From an uncultured Planctomycetales bacterium (GTDB lineage Bacteria; 4484-113), in assembly GCA_964643155.1 (NCBI GenBank), contig CAZXPM010000001.1:1-48602 (forward strand): DNA of 48,602 bases, given 5' to 3'. Positions 26,420 through 35,479 of the stretch are shown here, piece after piece; within the stretch, counting starts at the first letter, position 1; the number at the start of each line of letters is the position of its first letter. Below the pieces are notes generated by a model. The model worked only from the letters and a program-made list of their open reading frames with translations, searched no databases and had not been told where the DNA came from. The translations under genes were made by a program, and so were the position numbers.

Positions 26420-27144
26420 TGAAAGGCGTATTGCTGGCGGGCGGCTCCGGAAGCCGCCTGCATCCCCTGACGAAAGTGACCAACAAGCACCTGTTACCGG
26501 TGGGGCGTTACCCGATGATCTACCACCCGCTGTTCAAGTTCAAGCAGGCTGGCATCACCGATGTGATGGTCGTCACTGGCCGCGAGCACATGGGCGCAGT
26601 GGTGAACCTGCTCGGAAGCGGTAGCGAGTTTGGTATGAGTTTCACCTTCCGCGTGCAGGACGAGGCTGGCGGCATCGCCCAAGCGGTAGGTCTCTCGGAG
26701 AACTTCGTGGGTGGCGACCGCTTCCTGACACTGCTGGGCGACAACCTCTTCGCCGACAGCCTGGAGCCACAGGCGCACGAGTTTTCAGAGGGAAGCGCCC
26801 TGGCGCGGGTGCTGCTGAGAAAAGTGAAGGAGCCGCAGCGGTTCGGCGTAGCCGTGTTTGACGCGGGCGAAAAGCTGGTTGATATTGAGGAGAAGCCGCC
26901 GCAGCCGAAGAGCGATCTAGCGGTCACCGGAGCGTACTTCTACACGCCAGACGTGTTTGCGGTCATTCGCGGCCTTAAACCAAGTGCACGCGGCGAGTAT
27001 GAAATCAGCGACGTGAACGCGCACTACATCAAGCAAGGGAAGATGAGCTATGGCGTGCTAGAGGGCGCGTGGCAGGACGCCGGCACGTTTGAGAGTTACC
27101 CCCGGGCCAATGAGCTGGCGAGAGACTGGGAATTGGACTTTTGA
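26419..27144 (+). CDS. Sugar-phosphate nucleotidyltransferase (short-form glucose-1-phosphate thymidylyl/uridylyltransferase-like)
   Basis: MKGVLLAGGSGSRLHPLTKVTNKHLLPV matches the G-x-G-x-R-L signature. TAATG overlap with xseA. Confidence 0.8.
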   Translation: MKGVLLAGGSGSRLHPLTKVTNKHLLPVGRYPMIYHPLFKFKQAGITDVMVVTGREHMGAVVNLLGSGSEFGMSFTFRVQDEAGGIAQAVGLSENFVGGDRFLTLLGDNLFADSLEPQAHEFSEGSALARVLLRKVKEPQRFGVAVFDAGEKLVDIEEKPPQPKSDLAVTGAYFYTPDVFAVIRGLKPSARGEYEISDVNAHYIKQGKMSYGVLEGAWQDAGTFESYPRANELARDWELDF

Positions 27145-27278
27145 GGGACTGCTGAACGCACCGCTGGTGACAGCATCCCGTCGCCGAGTCGGTTTGCGGC
27201 AGCCAGGAGGCTGCCATTCCTTTCGCCACAGGCAGCCTGGAACCCGCTTGTCCAGATTTAAGGTGATATGCTGTTTGC

Positions 27279-28034
27279 ATGAGGACATACCAGGCGGTGG
27301 TGACGGCGGGCGGCGAAGTGCCCAAAGCGCTTAAGACACACTTTCCGCTGGCTGCCAAGGCTCTCATACCAGTCTGTGGAGTGACGCTGCTGGAACACGC
27401 GGTTGAGGCGCTGCTTGCCTGCCCACAGACGCCGCCGCCCATCGCGGTAGTGGGCCCGCCGGAAGCCAGGCCAGCGCTGGCGCGGTTCGGCGGGGACGCC
27501 GCGTGGGTGCAGTGCGGCGAAACGCTGCTGGACAATGCGCTGCGCGGCCTGGCTTTTCACGGGGGCGCGGGGGCCCTGCTGCTTTTGTCGCCCGACCTGC
27601 CTACAGTGACGGGCGCTGCGTTGTCCCGCTTCCTGGAAGCCGTTCCAGCGGAGGCGGAAATAGCGGCTCCTCTTATCACAAGAGAACAGTTTCTGCGGCG
27701 CTATCCCGGTGCGCCCAACAGATTCCTGCGCACCACCGAAGGCGAGGTGACCATGGGCAGCGCCTTCGTCGTCACTGCGGAGGCGCTGCGCAAGAACGTG
27801 CCGCTAGGTAACGACGCTTACCGCGCCCGGAAGTACCCTTGGCGGCTGGGATACTTGGTGGGACCGAACATCACCTGGCAGTTGCTGACGGGGCGGCTGA
27901 ACCTGGAGGATGTGGAGCGGAGAATCAGCCGGCTGTGCGATGCGAAGGCCCGCGTGGTGCGCGTGGATGCGCCGGAGCTCGCTTACGACATAGACCTGCC
28001 GGAGAACATTGACTACCTACAATCGGCGCAGTAA
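27279..28034 (+). CDS. MobA-like/NTP-transferase-3 family nucleotidyltransferase (specificity unknown)
   Basis: N-terminus AVVTAGGEVPKALKTHFPLAAKALIPVCGVTLLEHAVEAL resembles a nucleotide-diphospho-sugar transferase fold. I recognise nothing more specific. Confidence 0.5.
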   Translation: MRTYQAVVTAGGEVPKALKTHFPLAAKALIPVCGVTLLEHAVEALLACPQTPPPIAVVGPPEARPALARFGGDAAWVQCGETLLDNALRGLAFHGGAGALLLLSPDLPTVTGAALSRFLEAVPAEAEIAAPLITREQFLRRYPGAPNRFLRTTEGEVTMGSAFVVTAEALRKNVPLGNDAYRARKYPWRLGYLVGPNITWQLLTGRLNLEDVERRISRLCDAKARVVRVDAPELAYDIDLPENIDYLQSAQ

Positions 28035-28075
28035 CCGCAACGAGTTCAACTAGCCGAATGTGCCCCGAATGCGCC

Positions 28076-28105
28076 GCAGGGGCCGGCGCTTCCACCAGCC
28101 CCTGC
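28076..28105 (+). terminator. Hairpin between convergent genes
   Basis: GCAGGGGC-14 nt loop-GCCCCTGC followed by GAGTATTTC. It lies between the stops at 28034 (+) and 28135 (-). Confidence 0.4.
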
Positions 28106-28134
28106 GAGTATTTCACAGGCTGAAGCAGAGAAGA

Positions 28135-29619
28135 CTACGGGGTCTCCACGTAAAGGTCAACTGTCGCGGGCGTTCCGCTGTCCTGCGGGATGATCACCGT
28201 CCAGGCCCCGGGGGTAAGGAAGGTTACCGGCACGGTCACAGTGCCGTCCCAGTCCGCCTCACGGTCAGCCCTTTCGCGGGCGAGAACGGTGATGGTCACC
28301 GTCTGCGCACCAGCGTCAACCGCCCACTCCTGGCTAACGAGCTCGGTGTAACCGGTCGTATTGAAGTTGACCTTGATGTGCGTAAGCTGGTTCTGAACGA
28401 CAGGATCGGGTTGGACCACCACGTCACCCACGTCAGGAGTGTAGGTGTCTCCAGTCCAGACGTCCTGCTCGGGATACACGTACAGGTCAACGACGGCCTG
28501 CGCGCCTCCGCTCTGGTCTACCAGAACCTGCCATACGCCGCGCTCCAGGAAGGTCGCAGGCACAGTCACCGTGCCGTCCCAAGCTGCAGTCTGTCCCAGG
28601 CGCTCGCGGGCGTAAACCGTTATTTCCAGGGTGCGTGCAACCGGATCCAGCGCAAACTCCTGGCTCACCAGCTCGGTGTAGCCCGTTGTGACGAAGCTAA
28701 CCGTTACATGGCTTAGCTGGTTCACCGTCACAGGAGAGGGGTCGGTAGTGATGTCGCCGACATCCGGCAGGTAGGCGTCGCCGCCCCACACGTCTCCAGA
28801 CGGCGCCATGGGGTCGGGCTGAACCACCAGGTCTACCGTGGCGTCACCGCCCTCCTGGGAAACAACCACAGTCCACACGCCGTCTTCAAGGAAGGTCACG
28901 GGAATCACGACCGTGCCGTCCCAGGAAGGCTCGGCATTAAGCATGTCGCGCGCCACAACCGTAAGCAGCAACCGGTGTTCGGCCGGCACTACCTCAAACC
29001 GCTGGCTGATCAGCTCAGCCGCAGCGTTGTGGACGAAACTCACTGTGAGATGAGCGAAGGAGTTTGCCACCAGGGGGTCCGGGTCAACCGTAATATCCCC
29101 CAGATCCGGGTAGTACTCGTCACCGGCCCAAATGACCTCTTCCGGCGCGCCTGCAGGCGCCTCCACGAACAGGTCTACTCCGACCGGGTCACCGCCCTCC
29201 CGTGGCGCCACCAGCCGCCACCAGCCGCCGTCAGGGAACGTCGTCGTGACGATTAGCGTACCGTCCCAGGTTCCGCTGATGTTGTCACGCTCCCGCGCGT
29301 AAACCGTGACGGTGAGCGTCCTGGCTACAGAGTCAAGGACAATGTCCTTGCTGACAAGATCGGTGTACTCGGTAGTGTCGTAAGTGATAGTCAGCTTGGC
29401 CAGCTGCCCCGCCACTAGCGGGTCGGGATCAAGCTCCAATCCTCCCGCCTCTGCCAGGTACTTGCTTCCTGACCATTCATCCCACCAGTGGTTGTCGCCG
29501 CCACCGCAACCGGTTGCTAGCAGGCCAAACAGGATGAGGGCCAGAACGGTTCCCACCGCCAGACCCGTGTTGAATAGTCTTCTCACAATCCACCCCCGAT
29601 ATTTCGGTTTGCTGTCCAT
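28135..29619 (-). CDS. Lipoprotein composed of four ~110-aa tandem repeat domains (unknown family)
   Basis: TM/lipobox LLATG-C followed by GGGDN. Four units share W.GD.Y.PD.GD....DP.P......L.H..V.F.....TELVSQ.....P.A.TL..TV.ARER.....WDGTV.VP.TFL..G.W.V......G....VDLYV. Confidence 0.75.
   Translation of the reverse strand: MDSKPKYRGWIVRRLFNTGLAVGTVLALILFGLLATGCGGGDNHWWDEWSGSKYLAEAGGLELDPDPLVAGQLAKLTITYDTTEYTDLVSKDIVLDSVARTLTVTVYARERDNISGTWDGTLIVTTTFPDGGWWRLVAPREGGDPVGVDLFVEAPAGAPEEVIWAGDEYYPDLGDITVDPDPLVANSFAHLTVSFVHNAAAELISQRFEVVPAEHRLLLTVVARDMLNAEPSWDGTVVIPVTFLEDGVWTVVVSQEGGDATVDLVVQPDPMAPSGDVWGGDAYLPDVGDITTDPSPVTVNQLSHVTVSFVTTGYTELVSQEFALDPVARTLEITVYARERLGQTAAWDGTVTVPATFLERGVWQVLVDQSGGAQAVVDLYVYPEQDVWTGDTYTPDVGDVVVQPDPVVQNQLTHIKVNFNTTGYTELVSQEWAVDAGAQTVTITVLARERADREADWDGTVTVPVTFLTPGAWTVIIPQDSGTPATVDLYVETP
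28138..29481 (-). repeat. Four diverged intragenic tandem repeats (~330 nt period)
   Basis: Protein repeat units at roughly aa 47-160, 162-276, 277-386 and 387-494. Units 3 and 4 are the most similar (e.g. TTGYTELVSQE, WDGTVTVP). Recurring DNA strings such as gtgccgtcccag are present. Confidence 0.7.
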
Positions 29620-29780
29620 AACGCTGAGCGGGACACTTTGCGTGCCAGCTCGTCGGCGGGTCTGACTTACCCGAAGGCACAGCAGGCGTTAAACGCCTTC
29701 CGCCCCATCCGGGGTTAGGTGTATTTTACCACATTGTTGATAAGGTGTGGATAGGAGCGGTCAACAGCCGATGCTCCAGG

Positions 29781-31547
29781 TTAGGCCAGCCCCTGGAGCT
29801 TGACCAGGTTGTAGTAGTAATCCCTCTTCTCTACTAGTTCCCGGTGGCTGCCCATCTCGCGGATACGGCCATTGTCGAGCACCACAATGCGGTCGGCGTC
29901 CTTTACCGTGGAGAGCCGGTGAGCCACCATCAGCGTAGTCCGGCCGTACATCAGCTTGTTAAGCGCATCCTGCACTATCGCCTCGGAAATGGAGTCGAGC
30001 GCCGAAGTTGCTTCATCCAGCAGCAGGATACGCGGGTCCTTGAGCAGCACACGAGCAATGGCGATGCGCTGGCGCTCGCCACCGGAGAGCGTGGCCCCCC
30101 GTTCGCCCACGATCGTATCGTAACCGTTAGGCAGGCGCATGATGAAATCATGGGCATTGGCACCGCGAGAGGCCCTTATGAGGTCAAGCTCGTCTATGCC
30201 GCTGCTCCCGAAGCAGATGTTGTCGCGGATGGTACCGTGTATGAGAATAGCTTCCTGGCTGACGATGCCCACGTTCTGGCGCAGTGACTCGAGGGTAACG
30301 CGCGAGACGTCCTGGCCGTCTATGGAAATGGTCCCGCTTGTGGGCTCGTAGAAACGGGGAATCAGCTGAAGGACGGTGGTCTTGCCGGAACCGCTTTCAC
30401 CCACCAGCGCTACCACTTCACCAGGGCGCACAGTGAGGTTGAAGTCATGCAGCACATTCTCGCCGTCGCCATAACGGAAGCTCACGCTATCAAAGACGAT
30501 ACGGCCGCTGGCGATGTCCAACGGCTGCGCCCCGGGCATGTCCCGGATTTCGCGCGGGGTGTCCAGAATCTGCTGGATGCGGGCGATTGCGGCAGAGGCG
30601 GACTGGATGTTCACCACGACGCGGGACAGCTTGTTGAGTGGGCTTGCCACCATCGTCGCCAAACCAACGACCAGGAAAACATCTCCGATGGTGGACTGGT
30701 CTTTGAGGATGAGGAACGCCAGAAACGCAAAGAACACGAGCGGGGCCATGAACCCGACAAACTCCACAATCGCCACCAGTATGGACATCCACTTCACTGC
30801 GCGGAGGTTCTCCCGCAGAGTGCGGCGGTTGACGTCGTAGAACTGCCCGCTTACCTTCGCCTGCATGTTGAAGGACTGAATCAAGCGGATGACGTTCAGT
30901 CCTTCGGAGAGCACACCGGTAAGCTCGCCGGTGTACTCCTGGATGCGCTGGTTGATCTTGCGCAGCCGGGAACCGGCAAAGCGCAGACACAGTCCAACGA
31001 AGATGGAGACCACCAGAATCACCACTCCCAGCATCCAGCTGCGGATGAACAGAATCGCCAAGGCTCCCATCAGCATCAGCGGGGCGATGATGAAGTCCTC
31101 CAGCGACATCACGATGAAGTTCTGCACCGTGATGACGTCGTTGGTGAGCCGGGACATCAGGTCGCCCACGCGACTGCGGTCGAAAAACGAATAAGACAGG
31201 CTCTGCATGTGGTCAAACAGCTTCTGTCGCAGCTCGGCGGTGACGGAGTGGGCCACCGAGTTAATGGCGTAGATGCGAGTGGACAGCGAGATGGAGCGCA
31301 CCAGCAACGCCCCGACCAATCCGCCCAGCGTCCACCACATCAGGCCGAAGTCGCGCAGCTGGCCGATGACGTCGTCAAACAGGTACTTGACGATTATCGG
31401 GATGGAAAGCTGGGAGGCAGAATAGACGAGTGCGGAAACCAGCGCAAGGTAAAGCAACCGGCGGTGGGAGAGGACGAGCGGACGCAGCCGGCGCAATTCC
31501 CACCAGCGTGCCCGACCCCTCCCTTTCGCGCTTGTGATTGTTGACAT
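29781..31547 (-). CDS. ABC transporter, fused permease/ATP-binding protein (type I exporter, MsbA-like)
   Basis: Six-TM N-terminal half. The NBD has Walker A GESGSGKTT, signature LSGGERQRIAIAR and Walker B ILLLDEATSALD. Lipid A genes lie in the vicinity. Confidence 0.85.
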   Translation of the reverse strand: MSTITSAKGRGRARWWELRRLRPLVLSHRRLLYLALVSALVYSASQLSIPIIVKYLFDDVIGQLRDFGLMWWTLGGLVGALLVRSISLSTRIYAINSVAHSVTAELRQKLFDHMQSLSYSFFDRSRVGDLMSRLTNDVITVQNFIVMSLEDFIIAPLMLMGALAILFIRSWMLGVVILVVSIFVGLCLRFAGSRLRKINQRIQEYTGELTGVLSEGLNVIRLIQSFNMQAKVSGQFYDVNRRTLRENLRAVKWMSILVAIVEFVGFMAPLVFFAFLAFLILKDQSTIGDVFLVVGLATMVASPLNKLSRVVVNIQSASAAIARIQQILDTPREIRDMPGAQPLDIASGRIVFDSVSFRYGDGENVLHDFNLTVRPGEVVALVGESGSGKTTVLQLIPRFYEPTSGTISIDGQDVSRVTLESLRQNVGIVSQEAILIHGTIRDNICFGSSGIDELDLIRASRGANAHDFIMRLPNGYDTIVGERGATLSGGERQRIAIARVLLKDPRILLLDEATSALDSISEAIVQDALNKLMYGRTTLMVAHRLSTVKDADRIVVLDNGRIREMGSHRELVEKRDYYYNLVKLQGLA

Positions 31548-31580
31548 GGTGCCAGACCAGAACCGCGCTCTATTCTAACA

Positions 31581-31778
31581 CTACGGTGCGGCCTCTCCGT
31601 GCTCCGCCAGCAACTGATCCAGTAACGCCTTGACCTCGGTGCGCAGGCGCCTTATCTTCTGCGCCAGCTCCGGCGGCAGCTCACCCGGCAACTCGCCCTC
31701 CCAGGCGGCATAAGCGCCCTTGAGAGCGTGGATGATCTCTTCGCGGCTGAAGCCCTTCGGTTCTTCCATGACGCTCAC
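31581..31778 (-). CDS. Small hypothetical protein (65 aa; may start at ATG 31769)
   Basis: GTGA overlap with the asnS stop, and 33 nt upstream of the ABC exporter start. Helical, charged sequence with no recognised motif. Confidence 0.35.
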   Translation of the reverse strand: MSVMEEPKGFSREEIIHALKGAYAAWEGELPGELPPELAQKIRRLRTEVKALLDQLLAEHGEAAP

Positions 31779-33082
31779 GGATACATATGATGCAGCATGC
31801 GCGGGAAGGCGATGGTCTCGCGGATGTGCGGCGCCCCGCAGAGCCAGGCAACGATGCGTTCCAGCCCGGCGCCGAATCCCGAATGGGGCACCGTGCCGTA
31901 GCGGCGGAGGTCAAGATACCACTGGAACGCATCCTCCGGCAGATTATGCTCGCGCACGCGCTCAAGCATAAGTTCCAGTTCGTCTTCGCGCTGACTACTC
32001 CCGATTATCTCCCCCACGCCCTCTGGCGCAAGCAAGTCAGCGCCGAGTACCGTTTCCGGGTCGGCCGGGTCGCGCTTCATGTAGAAGGCCTTCATGCGCG
32101 CTGGGAAGTTGGTGACGAAGACCGGGCGGTCAAACTGGCCGCCCAGAAAAACCTCCTCGGGCGCCCCCAAGTCGTCACCGTACTTGAACTCGGCTTCGCG
32201 GCCTTCCATTTCCTGGTTTACCAGCCTCACCGCCTCACGATAGGTGATGCGTGGGAAGGGCGTTTGCACCGGTTTCAGCCGAGAGGTATCGCGCTCCAGG
32301 GTCTCCAGCTCGGTGGCGCAGTTGGCCAGCACGCGCTCCACTGTGTACACGACCATTTCTTCCTGGAAGCGCAGGTTGTCCTCCTGAGTGAAAAAAGCGG
32401 CCTCCATCTCCAGCATCCAGAACTCCAGAAGGTGGCGGCGGGTCTTGCTCTTTTCCGCGCGGAAGGTGGGCCCAAAGCAGTACACGCGGCCGAGCGCCGC
32501 GGCGGTAGCCTCGTTATAGAGCTGGCCGCTCTGGGACAGGTAGGCCTTGTCGCCGTGGTAATCCACCTCAAACAGCGTGGTAGTGCCCTCCACCGCGTTG
32601 GGAGTGAAGATGGGAGTGTCCACGCGCACGAAACCACGCTCGTAGAAGAAGTCTGCCCACGCCTTCTCCACCTCGTTGCGCACACGCATGATGGCAGTCT
32701 GCTTGGCCGACCGCAGCCACAGGTGGCGGCGCTCCATGAGAAACTCCACGCCGTGCTCTTTCTTGGCGATAGGGTAGTCAGGGACGGACTGGAGGACTTC
32801 CAGGGCGGATACCTGCATTTCCACTCCCCCCGGCGCGCGGCTGTCGGCTGACAGTGAACCGGTGATGATGAGCGAGGACTCCAGCCCCAGACTGGCACAG
32901 AGCTCCATGGTTTCGGGCGGCAAGTTGCCGCCGAAGGCCACGCACTGCATATCGCCCGTGCCGTCGCGGACAATGAGGAAATGGATGTTCTTGCCGCTGC
33001 GGAGATTGCGCAACCAGCCGCGCAGCTGCACGACCTGTCCGAGGTGCCGCTTCGCGTCGCATATGTAAATGGTCTCACACAT
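31775..33082 (-). CDS. asnS: Asparagine--tRNA ligase (Thermus/archaeal-type short AsnRS)
   Basis: Class IIb layout. OB fold (VQLRGWLRNLRSGKNIHFLIVRDGTG). Motif 2 FGPTFRAEKSKTRRHLLEFWMLE. Motif 3 GFGAGLERIVAWL. Also YLSQSGQLYNEA and C-terminal AFPRMLHHMYP. Confidence 0.85.
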   Translation of the reverse strand: MCETIYICDAKRHLGQVVQLRGWLRNLRSGKNIHFLIVRDGTGDMQCVAFGGNLPPETMELCASLGLESSLIITGSLSADSRAPGGVEMQVSALEVLQSVPDYPIAKKEHGVEFLMERRHLWLRSAKQTAIMRVRNEVEKAWADFFYERGFVRVDTPIFTPNAVEGTTTLFEVDYHGDKAYLSQSGQLYNEATAAALGRVYCFGPTFRAEKSKTRRHLLEFWMLEMEAAFFTQEDNLRFQEEMVVYTVERVLANCATELETLERDTSRLKPVQTPFPRITYREAVRLVNQEMEGREAEFKYGDDLGAPEEVFLGGQFDRPVFVTNFPARMKAFYMKRDPADPETVLGADLLAPEGVGEIIGSSQREDELELMLERVREHNLPEDAFQWYLDLRRYGTVPHSGFGAGLERIVAWLCGAPHIRETIAFPRMLHHMYP

Positions 33083-33315
33083 GATGGGAGCCTGCTGAAG
33101 GGTCTATTGTATCCGGTTGCGGGAGATGTGCAAGCAGCGGCTAGCTCCCAGCCGCCTGTCATTAGCAGAAGGATAGCGGACTGACCCCGTCGCCAAGGCT
33201 ACGGCGGGCAGACGTTGGTTTCCGGTTGCCGGGAAGTCCGAAACGAGAAGTCGCACAAGTTGCGCGTTGGATTTAACCCGGCGGCGGGTAGCGCGGGCAG
33301 CGTACACATCGTATA

Positions 33316-34173
33316 ATGGGCATCCCCATGAGGTGGTTTTCCTACCGGACAGTGGTGATGGCGGCGATGCTGGCGCTGGCTATGGGCGTGGCGCCGGTTG
33401 GAGCGCAGGAAGAGGAGCATCCGATGCTGCCGTTCATCATGGACGTGCTCCCGGAAAACATCCCCGACTTCAACCAGGGCGAAAACGGCGACCTGCTGGT
33501 GAAGGAGATTCGCCGGGGCAACCCCTATGTCAAGGAAGTCGCGCTCACCTTTGACGACGGGCCGCATCCACACTACACTGCGAAGCTGCTGGCGATACTC
33601 AACTACTACCGCGTGCCCGCAACATTCTTCATGGTGGGAGTGCAGGCTGAGCGCTACCCCGAATGGGTGCGAATGGTGCATCAGGAAGGGCACGAAATAG
33701 GCTGCCACACATACGACCATTTCCGGCTGGTGAATCTGCCGCTGGACGAGCAGATCTACCAGATTGAGGAGTTCTCCAACCTCATCAACCAGTTGACGGG
33801 CACCAAGCCGCACCTGCTCAGGCCGCCCGGCGGGCAGTACAACCACTTCACGGTAGACCTGATGAACCGCAACGGGATGGCGCTGGGGCTATGGACCATC
33901 AACACCAAAGACACGGCGCCACAAGCGGACTGGCGCAGCATCTACCGCCGGGTGTTGGAGGAAGTGCAGCCTGGCGCCATCATACTGATGCACGACGGCA
34001 CCGACGTAACGGTGGAGATGCTGCCTGCGCTGATTGAGACCTTGCAGCGCCGGGGCTACAGCTTTGTGACCATGAGCCAGATGATGGCCCACGCGAATGC
34101 GGACGTGCTGAACGGAAAAGATGGCCACGGCGAGGCGAAGTCCAGGGACGGCTGGCGCGTTTACAGCTACTAG
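33316..34173 (+). CDS. Polysaccharide deacetylase (NodB homology domain, CE4), secreted
   Basis: VALTFDDGPHPHYT, the HTYDH motif, LLRPPGG and MHDG. Signal peptide MRWFSYRTVVMAAMLALAMGVAPVGAQ. The real start may be ATG 33328. Confidence 0.85.
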   Translation: MGIPMRWFSYRTVVMAAMLALAMGVAPVGAQEEEHPMLPFIMDVLPENIPDFNQGENGDLLVKEIRRGNPYVKEVALTFDDGPHPHYTAKLLAILNYYRVPATFFMVGVQAERYPEWVRMVHQEGHEIGCHTYDHFRLVNLPLDEQIYQIEEFSNLINQLTGTKPHLLRPPGGQYNHFTVDLMNRNGMALGLWTINTKDTAPQADWRSIYRRVLEEVQPGAIILMHDGTDVTVEMLPALIETLQRRGYSFVTMSQMMAHANADVLNGKDGHGEAKSRDGWRVYSY

Positions 34174-34200
34174 CCAGCCGGACCCACTGCGGCCAGTACG

Positions 34201-35451
34201 CTAGATATCATCCTCCCCCCGCTTGAAGATGAGCACGGCGTTGTGGCCGCCAAAGCCAAAGGAGTTGCTCAGCGCATACTCAAACTCACGGGAAACCGCC
34301 TCGTTCGGGGTGTAATTGAGGTCGCATTCAGGGTCGGGGTTCTCGTAGTTGATGGTTGGCGGAATGACCTGACGCGAAAGTGCGCCTATCGTGACGATAC
34401 CCTCCACTACTCCGGCCGCACCCAGCAGATGGCCGTGCATTGACTTGGAAGAAGAGATGTTTACCTGGTAGGCATAGTCGCCAAAGACCTTCTTAATGGC
34501 CTCCGTTTCGTTCTTATCGTTGAGCTCGGTGGAAGTGCCGTGGGCGTTGATGTAGCCGATGTCCCGCGGCTGCAACTCTGCATCCGCCAGCGCCTGCGCC
34601 ATCGCCTGCCCAGCCCCCGCCCCGCCGGGGGCGGGTGCAGTGATATGGTAGGCATCACAGCTGGAACCATAGCCCACAATTTCGCAGTAGATCTTCGCGC
34701 CTCGTGCCTTCGCCGACTCGTACTCCTCCAGGACCATCGCGCCGGCGCCTTCGCCCATCACGAAGCCGTCGCGTTTGGCGTCAAAGGGGCGGGAGCCGCG
34801 GTGGGGCTCGTCGTTCCAGCTCGCGGTGATGGCCTTCATCACACAGAATCCGCCCAGTCCCATTTCGTTTATGGCAGCCTCCGCCCCCCCGGCAATACAC
34901 GCATCCAAGTAGCCGTCCCGGATGGCGCGGAAGGCCTCCCCGATTGTATGATTGCTGGTGGAGCAAGCAGTGACAATGGCGAAATTGGAACCGGTTATGC
35001 CGGTCTGGATGGCAATCACCGCGGCACCAGTGTTGGCGATGGCGTTGGGGATGAACAGGGGACTGACGCGTCTGGGCCCTCGCTCTATGAGCGTCCGCGT
35101 TTGGGCGAAGATGGTCTGGAGACCGCCGATGCCGCTCCCGTAGTAGATCCCCGTGCGGTCGCGGTTGCTTTCAGTAACGGTGAAGCCGGACTTCTCGAGC
35201 GCCATCATCGCAGTAGCCACTGAAAGCGAAATATAGGCGTCATAGCGGCGTGCATCCTTGGGGCTCATGTATTGCTCAGGATGGAAGTCCCTTACTTGAG
35301 CGCCGATTTTCACCGGATAGTCGGATGTATCCATTCCCTCAATCAGGCGCACGCCGCTTTCACCGGTGAACACGGCATCGAGCAGCGACTGATGCCCGCT
35401 GCCAAAGCAAGTCACCGCCCCGAACCCCGTAATTGCCACGCGTCGTTTCAT
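34201..35451 (-). CDS. fabF: Beta-ketoacyl-ACP synthase II
   Basis: MKRRVAITGFGAVT, active-site ACSTSNH, INAHGTSTELND and GHLLGAAG, ending FGFGGHNAVLIF. Confidence 0.95.
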   Translation of the reverse strand: MKRRVAITGFGAVTCFGSGHQSLLDAVFTGESGVRLIEGMDTSDYPVKIGAQVRDFHPEQYMSPKDARRYDAYISLSVATAMMALEKSGFTVTESNRDRTGIYYGSGIGGLQTIFAQTRTLIERGPRRVSPLFIPNAIANTGAAVIAIQTGITGSNFAIVTACSTSNHTIGEAFRAIRDGYLDACIAGGAEAAINEMGLGGFCVMKAITASWNDEPHRGSRPFDAKRDGFVMGEGAGAMVLEEYESAKARGAKIYCEIVGYGSSCDAYHITAPAPGGAGAGQAMAQALADAELQPRDIGYINAHGTSTELNDKNETEAIKKVFGDYAYQVNISSSKSMHGHLLGAAGVVEGIVTIGALSRQVIPPTINYENPDPECDLNYTPNEAVSREFEYALSNSFGFGGHNAVLIFKRGEDDI

Positions 35452-35479
35452 AGTTCATCTCCCAGCTTCTGCAATACTA

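Noticed and set aside
27198-27215. Hairpin GGCAGCC-AGGA-GGCTGCC after the 26419..27144 gene, considered as a terminator.
   Set aside because: The stem is short, the U-tract (ATTCCTTTC) is interrupted, and the next gene follows in the same orientation. It is plausible but too weak to list as a feature.
30447-31544. Long antisense ORFs opposite well-supported genes. Examples: 30447..31544 (365 aa) opposite the ABC exporter, 31787..32851 opposite asnS, 25372..26235 opposite xseA, 45628..46656 opposite the antiporter, 15442..16212 and 28060..28716 opposite lipoproteins, 41397..42128 and 44585..45313.
   Set aside because: These are typical stop-poor shadow frames of a ~60% GC genome. Their translations are Arg/Ala/Pro/Gly/His-rich low-complexity sequence without motifs, while the opposite strand encodes recognisable conserved proteins.
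32275-33162. 295-aa same-strand alternative-frame ORF inside asnS.
   Set aside because: It is out of frame with a clearly homologous AsnRS sequence, and its Arg/Ser/Ala/Pro/Cys-rich composition is that of a frame-shifted GC-rich translation.
33083-33315. T-box or other leader riboswitch upstream of asnS.
   Set aside because: I found no T-box core (GGGUGGNACCGCG; CGCGGTNCCACCC on the plus strand) and no specifier/antiterminator arrangement in the minus-strand leader.
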